This document shows, piece by piece, positions 34,457 to 46,700 of a stretch of DNA of 64,000 nucleotides (the first letter of the stretch is position 1; each line of letters opens with the position of its first letter). Made by a program: the position numbers and the translations under genes. The stretch is from Naegleria gruberi. Taxonomy: Eukaryota. The DNA is taken from NCBI GenBank assembly GCA_000004985.1, contig GG738911.1. The stretch is one strand, 5' to 3'. The notes beneath the pieces were generated by a model. It saw only the letters and a list, made by a program, of their open reading frames with translations, was not told the origin of the DNA and did not search any database.

Positions 34457-36377
34457 TTACTTCTTCGTTATCCATTTCTTGTAGCCATCCAAAAACCAAT
34501 CGCTCTGCATGACATCCTCCAATGTCCATCTATTGGCCGAGTTGACTTCCAATAAATGTTCAATTACATATTTGGTCTTTTCCGAAATTCCTTCCTCTTC
34601 CTCAAGTGGAATGTAATAGTTCATTTCAAATTTTTCCTTAGCTGTCTTGAAAGGCAAAAAACCAGTGAGCAGCTTGTAAAGTACAACACCCAAAGCGTAT
34701 ATATCAATTTCCTCTGCATAACACTTTTTGAGCAATAATTCTGGACAGCAATAAGCACCATTACCAACAAATAATCTGTGATATTTCTTGCCCTTCTCGA
34801 ATTTATCTGACAAACCAAAATCAACAATTTTGACATTTCTATCAGCATCCAAACACACATTGGATAATGTTAAATCTCTGTGCAAAATTGACAAAACATT
34901 ATGCATGTGATCAATGGCCATTACCATTTGTACGAAATATCTCTGTACATCGTCTTCATTGTGTTGCTCGTGCTCTTCGAGTGGATTCTCCAGAGCTCCA
35001 TTCTCACAAAACTCAGTCACAATATAAACAAATGTCTTTGTGTGGATTCTCCTTAATTATTTTCATAATTTCCACTTCTCTTTGGGCAAATTCTATTGCT
35101 CCAATTTTATCCATCATTTCAAGATCCAACTCTTTCACAGCAACATTCTTTCCAGTCACTTTATCCAATCCCTTGTAAACTGTACCATAGGTCCCTTTAC
35201 TCAAAATTCTATAAAGTTCAAATTGTTCATTAATGATCATGTAAATATCGGCAGGTTTTAAATTCTTTTCATCCACAATATGATTGCTTGACTTAGGTGT
35301 TGGTGGACTACTATATCTCAAGCAGTATTCAATGACATTCTTCACCACAATAGGTTCTTGCTGAGCAGCATCAAATTGAGCAGTACTTTCACTTGGGGAA
35401 GGGAGCACACTACTCATTGAATATGACGTGATATTTCCAAAACTGGATGAGCAAGTTGTTGTACTATTGGGAGAAGATGGTTGGAAATATGTTGATTTTG
35501 GTGGTGAAAGAGATCGACTAAAAGTGTGTGATTCAGCCAAATGACTACTATCCATAATATTTGTCGTTTCAACAATGTGATCCTCAAATTGTGTTCTACA
35601 AGTAAATTCCTCAAATGTTCTAAAGTTAAATTGTTGTTGCAGATATTCCATCGTGTTTTGAAATTTAGACCACAACTCTGAATTGTAATATGTAAAATTA
35701 TCATAACAAACAAAACAATCCATCTGATATTGTTGCTGTTGTCTCAGTGATGATGAAGATGAAGTGGCTGGAAAGTAGAGTTTTCCATTCTTATCCTTTC
35801 GATGTTTTTGTGCTGTTTGTAAAATTGTTCTCATATGAGATCCAATACTTTCCTGCAATACTTGCTGTACTGTATTAACATCTTGAAGACTTCGTAGAGT
35901 AACTCCTGATAAATCTACCAACAGAAGCATTCTCTCCTTTATGAATTTAACTCTCTCCTGCAAAAGTGATTCCGTAACAAAGTATGATGATTTGGAAGCT
36001 GCAGTTCCTCCTCCTCCACCACCACCACCATCATCTGCTCCACCACCTGTTCCTTCTATTATATAAAGATGATGATCATTACCATTTACCAATCCAAAAG
36101 TACTGTTTGGTTTTTTAGAAGCCTTTGATTTTGCTGATGGTGAAGCAAGTGACGAAATGGATGGAAAACTAAACGACCTCAACAAGGGAGAGGATTCAGA
36201 TGATGATGAATCATACGACCTCGATACAGCAGCTGCTACTTTTGAAGCCGAACTAGGATATAAACAAGTAAAATCGATGGAAGTAAGTTTGGGTGTTGGT
36301 CGAAAAATTGAATTTTCCTTCGTTGGTGTTTTTGTTTCTTCGGAACGACCTAATGATGATGATGATGAATTTATCAT
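34457..36377 (-). CDS. Ser/Thr protein kinase with a long Ser-rich N-terminal region. The kinase domain is disrupted by a 1-nt frameshift at about 35020-35040, and the beta4 strand appears to be missing.
   Basis: Subdomains I-III (LSKGTYGTVYKG, VAVKELD, REVEIMKII) lie in ORF 35013..36377. Subdomains V-XI (FVYIVTEFCENG, HRDLTLSNVCL, DFGLSDKF, CCPELL, DIYALGVVLY) lie in ORF 34457..35020 in the +1 frame. No plausible intron joins them. Confidence 0.6.
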
Positions 36378-36825
36378 ATTCTCCTCTTCTTTCTCTCTCT
36401 ATTTTACTAATAAATCTATCACTATTACTAAATTCTAAAAGTTTTTTGTATTTTAATGTGATGAAAATTAATGAGGAAAATTTCTTTTGATTCCGTAATC
36501 CAAATGATTGAGAAAATCCTCAGATCTTTGTAGATCTTTTTTAAAGAAAATACACAATGAAAAGATATTAGTAATATTCGGATTGGGTTGTTCTTGGCTT
36601 GGCTTGCGATGATGTTCTATGAATTTTTTTCTTCTGTGTGATGAAAAATGATGAGAATAAATCTTTTGAGGTGGGTACCTCCAAACAAATACACCACCAA
36701 TTTTGGTACTGTAACTGTATTGAACAATGAAAATCTCGCTTTTTTGATTTGTTGTAAATTGCATTTCATTTGGATCATCCATGCATAAAAAGATTTTTGG
36801 AATTTGGGATGGAATGGCAAATAGT

Positions 36826-38105
36826 TTTATAAATTTAGATATCATATTTCTTGATTTGGGTATTGTTGATTTGTTCCAAAGCCAAGATGAGAGCTTGAGT
36901 ACCATTCTTAGCTCCACCATTGTTTCTGTAATATAATAATAATAATAATATTAGAAATATTAGAATATTAGTTTAAATGAATGAGAAATTAAACTTACCT
37001 CAATGAATCGTATAACATTTTGGCCAAATTCAAACCTGGAAGAACGAGTTGCATCTTGTTGGCTTCACTCAAAACAATTTCCATATCTATAATTATTATT
37101 ATAATTACAAAATAATTAGCAAGATAATTCATAAATAAACTAACCCTTAATGAAATGTTCAACATAAAAACCTGGTTCAAAATCTCTCTTCAAAATTCTT
37201 GGACCATATGATTGAAGGGAGAATGAGTTTGCAGCTCCTCCTGAAACAGCCTTAAGAGTTTGATGAACATCCAAACCAGCCTTATGTGCGTACAATAAAC
37301 CTTCACAAACACCAATCATTGAGGTGGCAATAATAACTTGATTGGCCATCTTGGCATGTTGTCCCTTACCACTTTCTCCCATAAAATTGATAGTCTTTCC
37401 GATAGATTCAAAGATTGGAGTAACAGCTCCCAAAACTGGTTCATCACCTCCAACAAAGATGGTAAGAGTGGCATTTCTAGCACCAATATCACCTCCACTG
37501 TGTTAAAAATTAGTCAACTAGTCCAATAACAAATGATCACTCACCTGCAAGGAGCATCCAAACTGTAAACACCCTTTTCCTTAGCCTTGTTATAAATTTC
37601 AACAGCAAGAGAAGGTTGAGAAGTAGTCATATCAACAATAACTCCACCTTCCTTCATTCCAGACAATACACCATTTTCTTCATCCAAAATTACACTTCTC
37701 ACATCCGATGGATAACCAACAATACTGATAACAACATCACTATTGGCTCCAACTTCCTTTGGTGAAGCAGCAAGCTTGGCTCCGAGTTCAATCAATGGAT
37801 CAGCCTTTGATTTAGTACGAGTATAAACAGTCATATTCTTGTATCCTTTGTTAATTAAATTAGTGGCAATGGACTTTCCCATAACACCAACTCCAAGGAA
37901 GCCGACTAATCAATATGTATCATCATCAATTCCGATCAATATTAATTTCAAATATTTAAATGAAATGATCCGATAATTAGATATTCACGAATATTACAAA
38001 ATGAATTAATAACACAATAATATTAATCACATTTAAATGTGATGATCAACAAAACTTACCTCTGGTAGAACCTGGTAAGAATTGTTTCAAGATTTGTGCG
38101 CTCAT
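36826..38105 (-). CDS. 3-hydroxyisobutyrate / beta-hydroxyacid dehydrogenase-like enzyme (NAD_binding_2/11 family), about 316 aa. Five exons at about 38105-38060, 37905-37545, 37497-37145, 37086-36999 and 36925-36826. Introns of about 154, 47, 58 and 73 nt.
   Basis: Spliced protein [15 protein letters not shown]|[17 protein letters not shown]...DAPCR|[22 protein letters not shown]...FIKG|[30 protein letters not shown]|[18 protein letters not shown]...YDYLNL. GxGxMG Rossmann start and a C-terminal KDxxLA-like helix. Donors GTAAGT, GTGAGT, GTTAGT, GTAAGT. The ORF-track entry 36468..36920 is a wrong-frame read of the last exon. Confidence 0.65.
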
Positions 38106-38921
38106 TTTTTTTGTGGATTCTTTTTGATATCAACTTGTTGTAAACTCTTAAAGAGAGTGTGTAATCTCATATTCTCATGAGCTGTGATATATCTCAAGAT
38201 TGCACATACCATTGTCCGTAATGGATTTTCAAAAGTATCATAAAACATCCTTTCCTTGGACTCCGTGGTAGACCAATGTTTGGAAATGTTTGGGTTTTAT
38301 TCGTTCGTCTATTGTGAATGAAATAATCAAAACTTGGAAAGACTGTAAAATTGCCAAAATAGAGTTGGCTTATTCACCACGTATTCTTTTCACGGTTGGC
38401 ATAAATGCCATCACACAACTCGAATAAACTCAGTATTTTATGTTTTAATTGTTGAAAATAATCATAGGAAAACTACTTTCAAGTTTGAAACCATTGTTAT
38501 GCTCGCAACGAAATTTCCATTCAGAGGGTGAAGTCAGATTCTGAAATTGTCAAGTATTTAATGAGAAATGCAATAATTTATAAGTTTCTACTGGATGCTG
38601 GTAAGATATGACACATAATCTTTTCCAACCCAAAACCAAAAATGCCAAACTTCATACCGGCCCACAACAAAGCTAAAATCCAAATCCCACAACCCAGCGT
38701 AAATAGTGCCTGAGCACGTGGTGCAGTAGTGTTTTGGGCAATCGTGTCCAAATTTTTGTAAAGTATCGATTTTCCATTGCTTGGAAGAAGAATTTGGCGC
38801 CACAATTTCATATCTGAAAAAAAAGAAGCAAAATGCCACACCGCATTATTTTGTTAGATTTTATGGTGCGTACTTTTAAATCAAAGTGATTGATCATCAA
38901 ATCGTTAATAAATTATTCTAG

Positions 38922-40055
38922 GAAACATGTAAAATCTCTCCCCAGGCTTCCTCGTCATCAGTTGATAACAATGATGAAAATTTTGAAAGTAGGCTCAAGA
39001 AGAGGAAGATCAATCCCGAAGAGGCCAAACAAGAAGAAACAAAGTTAACAAGTGAAGAGGTTGATAACTTGTTTGCCAAGTTGGGAAAGAAATTAAAATC
39101 GAAAATACCTGTTGCCTTTTCTTTGGATTTTGAATATGTGCAAACAAAGGGAGACAAGTTTAATACTCCTGAGAAGATGAATGCTCCTCTTGATGTGAAG
39201 ATTTCATATAGAAATGAGATTATTTTAGTATCGGATAGTGTGAATGGAAGAATAATGGTATTTGATTTGAATAGTGGTCTGTACAAATCTGATTTTTTCA
39301 CAGAGTTGGCTCCTTGGCAATTCGTATTGGAAGAAAATTATGATGGGGAAAAGAATGAAGCACTCATTTGCTCAACAGGTAACAATTATCTCAAATATGA
39401 TTTGTTACAATTGCTCAAGTCTGATAGATCACGTAGAGCTACACCCATTTGGAAGACCAAATTTGAAAGATTTAGCTGCTTTCAATGCTGTGCTATCAAG
39501 TATGAAACGAGTGGAAATACCTTGTATTGTTGCAATAGTGCAACTGATACCATTGTTGTCTACTCTTGTGCTAATGGGTCTGTAGTGAAGAAGATTACTC
39601 AAGCTGTTTCGTTTGAGATCCCAAATGACCCTATCAATTATTCATTCGCTAGACCTGTTGGTATAGATTATAATTTCAATTCTGGAGCTCATGAATTTGT
39701 CTTGGCAATGATGGGAGAGAGTGTTTTCTATATCAGAGAAAGTCCTGATGGTACTTGGGTGGTGAGAAATGAATTGGAAACTACTGTAGTTCAAGATGGA
39801 AGCGAGAAAACAATTTTAGATATGCCATGTGCTGCATTAATAGATAGAAATAACCATAATGTCATAATTTGCTCGTATGGAACAAGTTCAATGGCTGTTT
39901 TCAATAAGGAGGGAACATTTATTAAATCATTTGGTGCAAGAGGAAGGAATGAAAATAATAGATTTATGGATCAGACAAGTTGCTGTCTTAATGAAATCAC
40001 TGGTGAGCTACTCATTGTAGACTCACACAATAATCGTGTACAAATTTACAAATGA
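38922..40055 (+). CDS. NHL-repeat (six-bladed beta-propeller) protein. The 5' end is unresolved: there is no in-frame ATG. It is possibly initiated from an ATG-only or short first exon at about 38863 via donor ATG|GTGCGT and acceptor TTCTAG|GAA.
   Basis: NHL signatures SVNGRIMVFDLNSG ... HNNRVQIYK. The frame is open back to TAG at 38919-38921. Confidence 0.5.
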   Translation, partial: ETCKISPQASSSSVDNNDENFESRLKKRKINPEEAKQEETKLTSEEVDNLFAKLGKKLKSKIPVAFSLDFEYVQTKGDKFNTPEKMNAPLDVKISYRNEIILVSDSVNGRIMVFDLNSGLYKSDFFTELAPWQFVLEENYDGEKNEALICSTGNNYLKYDLLQLLKSDRSRRATPIWKTKFERFSCFQCCAIKYETSGNTLYCCNSATDTIVVYSCANGSVVKKITQAVSFEIPNDPINYSFARPVGIDYNFNSGAHEFVLAMMGESVFYIRESPDGTWVVRNELETTVVQDGSEKTILDMPCAALIDRNNHNVIICSYGTSSMAVFNKEGTFIKSFGARGRNENNRFMDQTSCCLNEITGELLIVDSHNNRVQIYK

Positions 40056-40088
40056 ATTTATTTTATTTTGAGTTATGATTTGAACTCT

Positions 40089-40779
40089 TTAAAGTGTCAA
40101 TAACATGGCAGACAATAATGCAACAATAACCAATACGGAAGCTTTCAAGATACCTGCATTATTGAAACAGTTGGCATCTCTGACCTTGATTTGCAATTGA
40201 TTGGAAGGATCATTCAAACCACTTTCACAAAAATCCTTTCCACTTGCATAAGAGGTAATGACAGGTTTTCCATTTGTAACTGGAACGAGAGCACATTTAC
40301 TGTACAATCTGTCACAGAATGATGAACACAAGTACAAGATAGATTTCTGACCCAGAATTTGAATCTTTTCCTCAATGAAATTGGTTTGTCCAGGAGAACA
40401 CAAATAACAAACTTAGGAAGTGATGTTAATAATTGGAAATTGAAAGTTTTCCCTACTTACTATATTGATGCAACTCATCTAAGCATCCACCAGCAAAAGC
40501 TTCAACAAGGAATTGAGGAATGGTAACATTTGATGAGCCACTGTTTCTTCCACTTTGACTTTCCCAACCTTGTTTAATTTTCTTTGAGCTGTCAACTGTG
40601 CAGCAACTGTTTGGGTTATACCATTGACAGGTGGCTAATTCTCTTGGAAGTGATGGAATATAACCTCTACAAGCAGATATTAATTGGTTGATGGATTCGT
40701 CCTTGGTTTGTTCTGATTGAATGAATTGAGCAGAGAACAGTAAGAGCAAGACAAAGATAATGAGAGATGAGTGAGACAT
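40089..40779 (-). CDS. Secreted folate-receptor-like (FOLR/riboflavin-binding family) cysteine-rich protein with a predicted GPI-anchor signal. Two exons (40779-40461 and 40411-40089) with a 49-nt intron.
   Basis: Signal peptide MSHSSLIIFVLLLLFSAQF. Motifs CQWYNPNSCC, CYLCSPGQ and CSSFCDRLYSKC parallel the FOLR motifs CRPWRKNACC, CLYECSPNL and CKEDCEQWWEDC. Hydrophobic C-terminus NAGILKASVLVIVALLSAMLLTL. Intron GTAAGT...CCTAAG is phase 1. Confidence 0.5.
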
Positions 40780-41274
40780 TTTTTAAATGATTGAAAATTG
40801 ATAATTAATTGGCGTTTGACATTTATTGTTCATAATGTTCAATGGTTGAACACGGAGGCCGTATAAAACTCAGTAACAGAAAATTACAGGAAGAATCACT
40901 GCCTATACGGTTCAGCACGATTCTCATAATCTATGAATATTTTAACCAATTGACACAAATTAGGCAAGGTATTTCATAGTGTTTTGGTATCCTATTTTAC
41001 ATGTTAGGAATATTTCAAATTATCCATGATTTTCGTCATTATTCTATTTGGAAGGCAGTTTTCTATTGAAAGTAAATGCTCCTCAGTGATTGCACCATTT
41101 GCTCTACAGTTTTTATCATATTATTTGGTATGTTGTCAACAACAAGTTATTAGAAATCGAAGCAATTGCATCAAGAATTCGATAAATTTATCTCTCAATA
41201 AAATTGTTATTATTATTTTCGTGATGATCAACAATATTACACCACAAATTTCAACAATATTTGGGAAGAATATT

Positions 41275-41649
41275 TTACCACTCCTTTTCTGCTTTCAAAT
41301 CATTACACTTTTCACACAAATCATCATACCAACATGGTGGCAGAGAATGCATATGATCGGGATAGGCCTTAATTAAATATCGATCTCTACTCAATCCTCC
41401 AGGTTCTTGGTACATTTCCTTGCAAATCTGTTGAAATTTCTCACATGAAATATTTGGGAATCGGAGATGATATTTGCCCTCACACAAAGTATTCTCCTCA
41501 AAATCAATTCCATGCTTGAGGTTGAACTTTTTTTCCAGAACAGAGTAGAATAGCTCGTCGGAATAATCATCCTGATCGTAATCGATCGTTACTAGAATGT
41601 GGTAGAGTTTCTGTGGTTTTGCTTGTTTCATTTTTTTTTGAAAATTCAA
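41275..41649 (-). CDS. Hypothetical 124-aa protein with no recognisable domain.
   Basis: Clean ORF with host-like codon usage, flanked by intergenic AT-rich sequence. Confidence 0.3.
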   Translation of the reverse strand: MNFQKKMKQAKPQKLYHILVTIDYDQDDYSDELFYSVLEKKFNLKHGIDFEENTLCEGKYHLRFPNISCEKFQQICKEMYQEPGGLSRDRYLIKAYPDHMHSLPPCWYDDLCEKCNDLKAEKEW

Positions 41650-41852
41650 AATTTAAATTAAAATTTAATTACATATTGTAAAGGTCAAAATTGCACCACC
41701 AACATGTTTTCAGACGAAAGTCCAATAATCTCATCCAACATAAAGTTCCAAAAAAAAGTCCAAATATTATTTAATAATTTAGTCTCAATTTCATTTATTA
41801 AAAAAGAAAAAATCAAAAGAGGAAATTAAATAATCAGTGTGTGAGATGATAA

Positions 41853-43075
41853 TTATTGAAAAGTTGGATAATCGATATAACCAGTAACAACATCATTGGA
41901 GCCATAGAAAGTACTTCTATCATAATGATTGAGTGGATGACCATTTCTAATTCTTTCAACCAAATCAGGATTAGAAATAAAGTGTCTTCCAAAAGCAATC
42001 ATATCTGTGGCACCCTCTTCAGTGGTACTCTTTGCTGTGGCTGGAGTAAAACCACCAGCTGAAATAATTGGAGATCTTGTCAATGGTTTCAATTCCTTGG
42101 TTACAACCACAGGTTTGGATTCAGCTTGGCCATCATCTGAGTTTGCTCCACCTGATATTCTTGGTTCTACAAGGTGAATATATGCCAAATCATATTCATC
42201 CAATGCCTTGACAGCTGCTTCAAAGAGTGGTTTTGGATCTGAATCACTAATTTCCAAGAAACATCCACTTGGACTCAAACGAATTCCAACTCTATCTGAT
42301 TCATTATCAAATCCTTCAATACATGCTGAAATAGCTTCACGCATAAATCTCAATCTATTTTCAATGGAGCCACCGTATTCATCAGTTCTCTTATTAACTC
42401 CATTTTGTAAAAATTGGTCAACTAGATAACCATTAGCAGCATGCAATTCTACTCCATCAAATCCAGCCAATTTAGCATTGCTAGCAGCTTGCTTATATTG
42501 TCCCATAATGACCTTAATTTCCTCAATGGACAATGCCTTTGGAGTGGTTGGCAATTGTTGTTCCCTGGTTTGCAAATTTGTAGATGTATCATTTTGAATT
42601 GGAACTGCAGAAGAGGAGACATTGTCAGCATAACGTTGTCTACCAACATGCCACAATTGCAAAAAGATGACACCTCCCTTTTGATGGACAGCATCTGTCA
42701 CCTTTTTCCAAGCTTTAACCTGAGCTTGAGAATAACAACCTGGAGAACATGGATATCCTTGTCCTTGTGGAGTAATTTGTGAAGCTTCAGCAATGATTAA
42801 ACCACCTGGTGTGGCACGTTGAGAGTAGTAAGTAATTGCGTGTTCTGTTTGTTCACAATCTCCCTAATATTTGTGTTTAACAGTTCAATATATGAAAATT
42901 GTTGATTAATCAAAATAGGAATAGTACTACTTACATCCACTGCTCTGCAACGAGTGAGTGGAGCCATCACAATACGATGGGACAAAGTAATTCTCTGAGT
43001 GGCTGGAATTTTGTCAGTTCCCAATGTGAGTGGTGTGAAAAGTTTTCTTGTTGTTGATTCAAAAGTGGCAGACAT
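41853..43075 (-). CDS. NADH:flavin oxidoreductase of the Old Yellow Enzyme / 12-oxophytodienoate reductase family. Two exons with an intron of about 70 nt at about 42864-42933.
   Basis: Spliced product ...RIVMAPLTRCRAVD|GDCEQTEHAITYYSQRATPGGLIIAEASQITPQGQGYPCSPGCYSQAQVKAWKKVTDAVHQKGGVIFLQLWHVGRQ matches the OYE N-terminal consensus (MAPLTR...YYaQRas.GGLiI.Ea...pG.ws..Qv.aWk.V.daVH..G..if.QLwH.GR). Confidence 0.8.
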
Positions 43076-43212
43076 TTTGATTTTTTCAAGTCAGAAAAGT
43101 ATTGGAACATGAATTGAAGCGAATTTAAACACAATTGAGGTAGGAATAATTTGGATAAGGTTTGGATATTGAGTAGTGATTTTCTTGGATGTCTTTGTAG
43201 AAAGTACGTACG

Positions 43213-43302
43213 NNNNNNNNNNNNNNNNNNNNNNNNNNNNNNNNNNNNNNNNNNNNNNNNNNNNNNNNNNNNNNNNNNNNNNNNNNNNNNNNNNNNNNNN
43301 NN
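43213..43302. other. Scaffold gap (90 N) in the OYE upstream region.
   Basis: N run. Confidence 0.99.
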
Positions 43303-43722
43303 GTTATATTCTTGGATGTTAATAATGCCCATTTTCCAATTTTAATTCTAATAACAACGAAAACCCCAAGAAAACAAACAAAAACTTTAAATTCTAAACG
43401 AAAGTCTTCTTTCAACTTTTTCAAGGTTAACAACAATAACTACAACTACATGAGCTTGATAACTACAGTTTGTAATCTTTACAGAGGCGGACAAATACAA
43501 CCAAGTAACACATTGCTCATAAAGGTGTTTCATTTGAAGAATATTGTCAAAATAATAGAAGCAAATATGCTACTTGATGTGACAGAACTTTCAATATTGT
43601 GAGGGAGAGGACAGAATAGCATATCTCTATAATTTCTGTCTTGCTTTAATTGAAAGAAATGCCAAATTATTTCAATAAAATCTAATTATATTAAAATTGA
43701 AAAAGTTAAAATTAAAGATTAT

Positions 43723-46700
43723 TTATTTAAAATAATCGAATTTGAGTAATTGTTGGGCAGTTGGACGAGTTTCTCGATTCTTATCCAACATTTGTAAAAT
43801 TAATTGAATTAGTTCATTGGAGTAGGAAATTGAACAGTTTCTCATTTGTTTAGTGAGGATGGTTTGAGCATTTGATGATTGATTTCCCATTAATAAATTA
43901 CTGATTGAAGTTGTTTCGTCTTTGGTCATGATTTGATAAATTGAAACTCCCAAAGAAAAGATATCCGTGTTGAAAGAGTATGAGCTTCCCAGGGCGATTT
44001 CAGGACTAAAAATTCATGTGAATTTAATGAGAATTGATAATACTTACCTCATGAAGAGAGGAGTTCCAACATATGATTGACCTTTCATTTCTTGATGCTT
44101 TTTTGCCAATCCAAAATCTGCAATTACTATTTCGATATTATCATTCTTCAAATATTTGACAAAAATGTTGGATGGTTTGATATCTCTATAATATTATTTA
44201 GTTTAACCGATATTTCTTTTGAAACGTACCTATGAATAATTGATAGTTGAGAATGAATATAATTCAAACCTTCGCATGATTGTTTCAGTATTTGCTTAAT
44301 AATATTTTCAGAACATTCTCTTTTCAAAAATTGATTCAAATCACCACTTTCATAATAATCCATGTCAATACACAGTAAACTATCTTGGGTTATGAAATAA
44401 TCATTGACTTTCAAAATGTTTGGATGTTTGATGTGGCTTAATTGGGAGGCTTCTTTCATTATTGTATTTAAATCAGAGAATGATTCAAACTTGATTACCT
44501 TAACTGCCTTGATTCGATTTCCTGCTTTTGAATCATTAGCTTTATAGACACTTCCAAATGCACCTTGTCCAATCCTTTCTATATTAGTATATCTTGAAAA
44601 GTAATCTTCAGAATTAGAAGCAGCTGATCCGGCTGAAGAGGTAATAATTGTTGATCCAGTTGGGAAATCAGACAACTCAATATTTGAAGTGTTGATACTT
44701 GCAATATCTTTTCCTTTGTTCTTTTTTTTCTTGGAAAGACAAACAATTATTACAATTACCACAATAACAATAATCACCAAAATTAGAAAACTTGCAACTA
44801 TTGGGATAGTAATTGAAACAATTAAAACAGTGGAGGTATCTATGGAATTTGTTGGAACTACTTGCTCACAATATTGGCCTTTGAATCCTCCTTTACAAGA
44901 GCAAATATTGAAATCTGAGCAGTAACCATTTCCATTACATACTGATAAATCTGATGCAAGTGTTCCATTACAAGAGAGGGACTCACATTTAGATCCATAA
45001 TATCCTTTCAAGCATTCACAGCTTTGGTTTTGAGAGTTGAATATTGCATTTCCCACACATGAAACACTCAATTTTCGTATTGTGGTTTTAGTCATTGTAA
45101 TGAACTGACTAAGTACTAAATCACTATCAATGAAATAAACCTCTTCTGTGTTTTCATTATAGCCAATAGATGGCGAGAAACCCATAAATTTAGTGTCTTT
45201 CCCAGAAAGATTGCCTGAGTAAACGTTAATATTTTCGTTAGCACTTCCTGCTAGTGTTGTCAACAGTCCAGTTGTTCTAGTGTATTTTCGTATTATGTAC
45301 GAACCATCCAAAATAATAATATCTCCATTCTTTTTAACATAAAAGGATATTGGAGATGATAGTGAAGATTCTAAGGCTGGTAGATTATTTCCTGAATAAC
45401 CAGTCTTACCATTTCCAATAATTGTTCTCAGATAATAAGTTCCATTTGCCATCTTTTCAATTACCCTTAATAGTGTACTTGTGCAATAATAGATGGAATC
45501 CTCATTAGAGGAGTAAGAGAAGAGAATAGTACCAAAATTGGTAAAATTGGTAACTGGACCATCTGGAGAGTATGAAGAAGTTACATTGGAGGCAAATCGA
45601 GTCACAATCATTCCTGTCCTTTTTTCAAGTTTACGAAAACTTGTACTGTCCGAAAGGTAGATATCTCCATTTTCTGGATTGACAGACAATCCTTTGATTG
45701 CAATGTTTCTAAATCGTGTGTCCAAAGCTGGACCATCTGTAACTGCACCACAACCATTTCCTGCAATTTTGGTTACATTCATAGTATCCAAAAAAACTTG
45801 TACAATATGGCACACATCTACAATGAATAATGAATTATCAAAGGAAGAGTGAGCCATTGTTAATATAGATTCCGAAACTAAGAAAAAGAATGGAATTTGG
45901 CCCATTGTAGGACTCGTACCCTTTACACTCTCCGTTTGGGAAATAATTTCACCAGATGTTTCATTAAACTTCTTCAAAGAAAATCTATCCAAATAATATA
46001 TTACATTATTGGCCTCATCTCTTGCAAATGCAGATGTAATTTTACCAACTTTTCTGGAGGGGTTGATGCCAACAATTGTTTGTGTGGTAGCATTTGAGAT
46101 TGTAATGTAGGATGCAAAGGCACTGTTGTAAATTGCTCCATTGATTACTTTTATACTGCCTGATTGTCTGCAACAATATTTTAGTAAATTAATTGTTACA
46201 CAACTTACAATAAAGACTTTGATAAACTAACATTCTCTCCACTGTATCCACTGAAGTGCAGAATATATTTCCTGAATTGTTATACGAATCTGCTCCTCCA
46301 ATTTTTATGAGCTGGGAATCATTCAATCTCATTTCATAAACTTTGGCTTGAAGCATTAAATATATTTTGTCGTTGTCACATGAAAAACTTTGAAATGAAT
46401 TATCAGATGAATAAACTGTTTCATAAACTGAGAGTTCCGCCAAATTAATCTTCATTATTTTAGAATAAGAAACTAAGAAATAAACACTATAGTTTCCATT
46501 TTGGTTTACAATACATGAAGAAGTAATTGGGGGAATATTGTAAATTTGTGATTGTTCTCCATTTCTGTATATAGTTATGAAATTTGGAGAGGAAAAAAGC
46601 AAGGTACCATTTGATAAAGAATTCCCTATTCCACTAATTGAAGTGATACCGGTTGGGATGTTCAATGAAGAAAGTTGCTCTGTATAAATATTAAATAAGA

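Noticed and set aside
36468-36920. 150-aa ORF in the track ([15 protein letters not shown]...)
   Set aside because: It is a +1-frame read through the last exon of the HIBADH-like gene. The true frame gives the conserved ...[18 protein letters not shown]... C-terminus.
38578-38841. Small minus-strand ORFs with a hydrophobic segment (possible 2-TM micro-protein)
   Set aside because: Two overlapping frames with no recognisable family and no clear splice context. Support is insufficient to call a gene.
38863-38921. Alternative first exon for the NHL gene using donor AA|GTGATT after ATGGTGCGTACTTTTAAATCAAA
   Set aside because: The resulting phase does not match the NHL reading frame and hits a stop after about 50 codons.
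38918-39301. 127-aa minus-strand ORF and the 103-aa plus ORF 39274..39585
   Set aside because: They overlap the NHL-repeat gene on the plus strand and have no motifs. They are opposite-strand or wrong-frame shadows.
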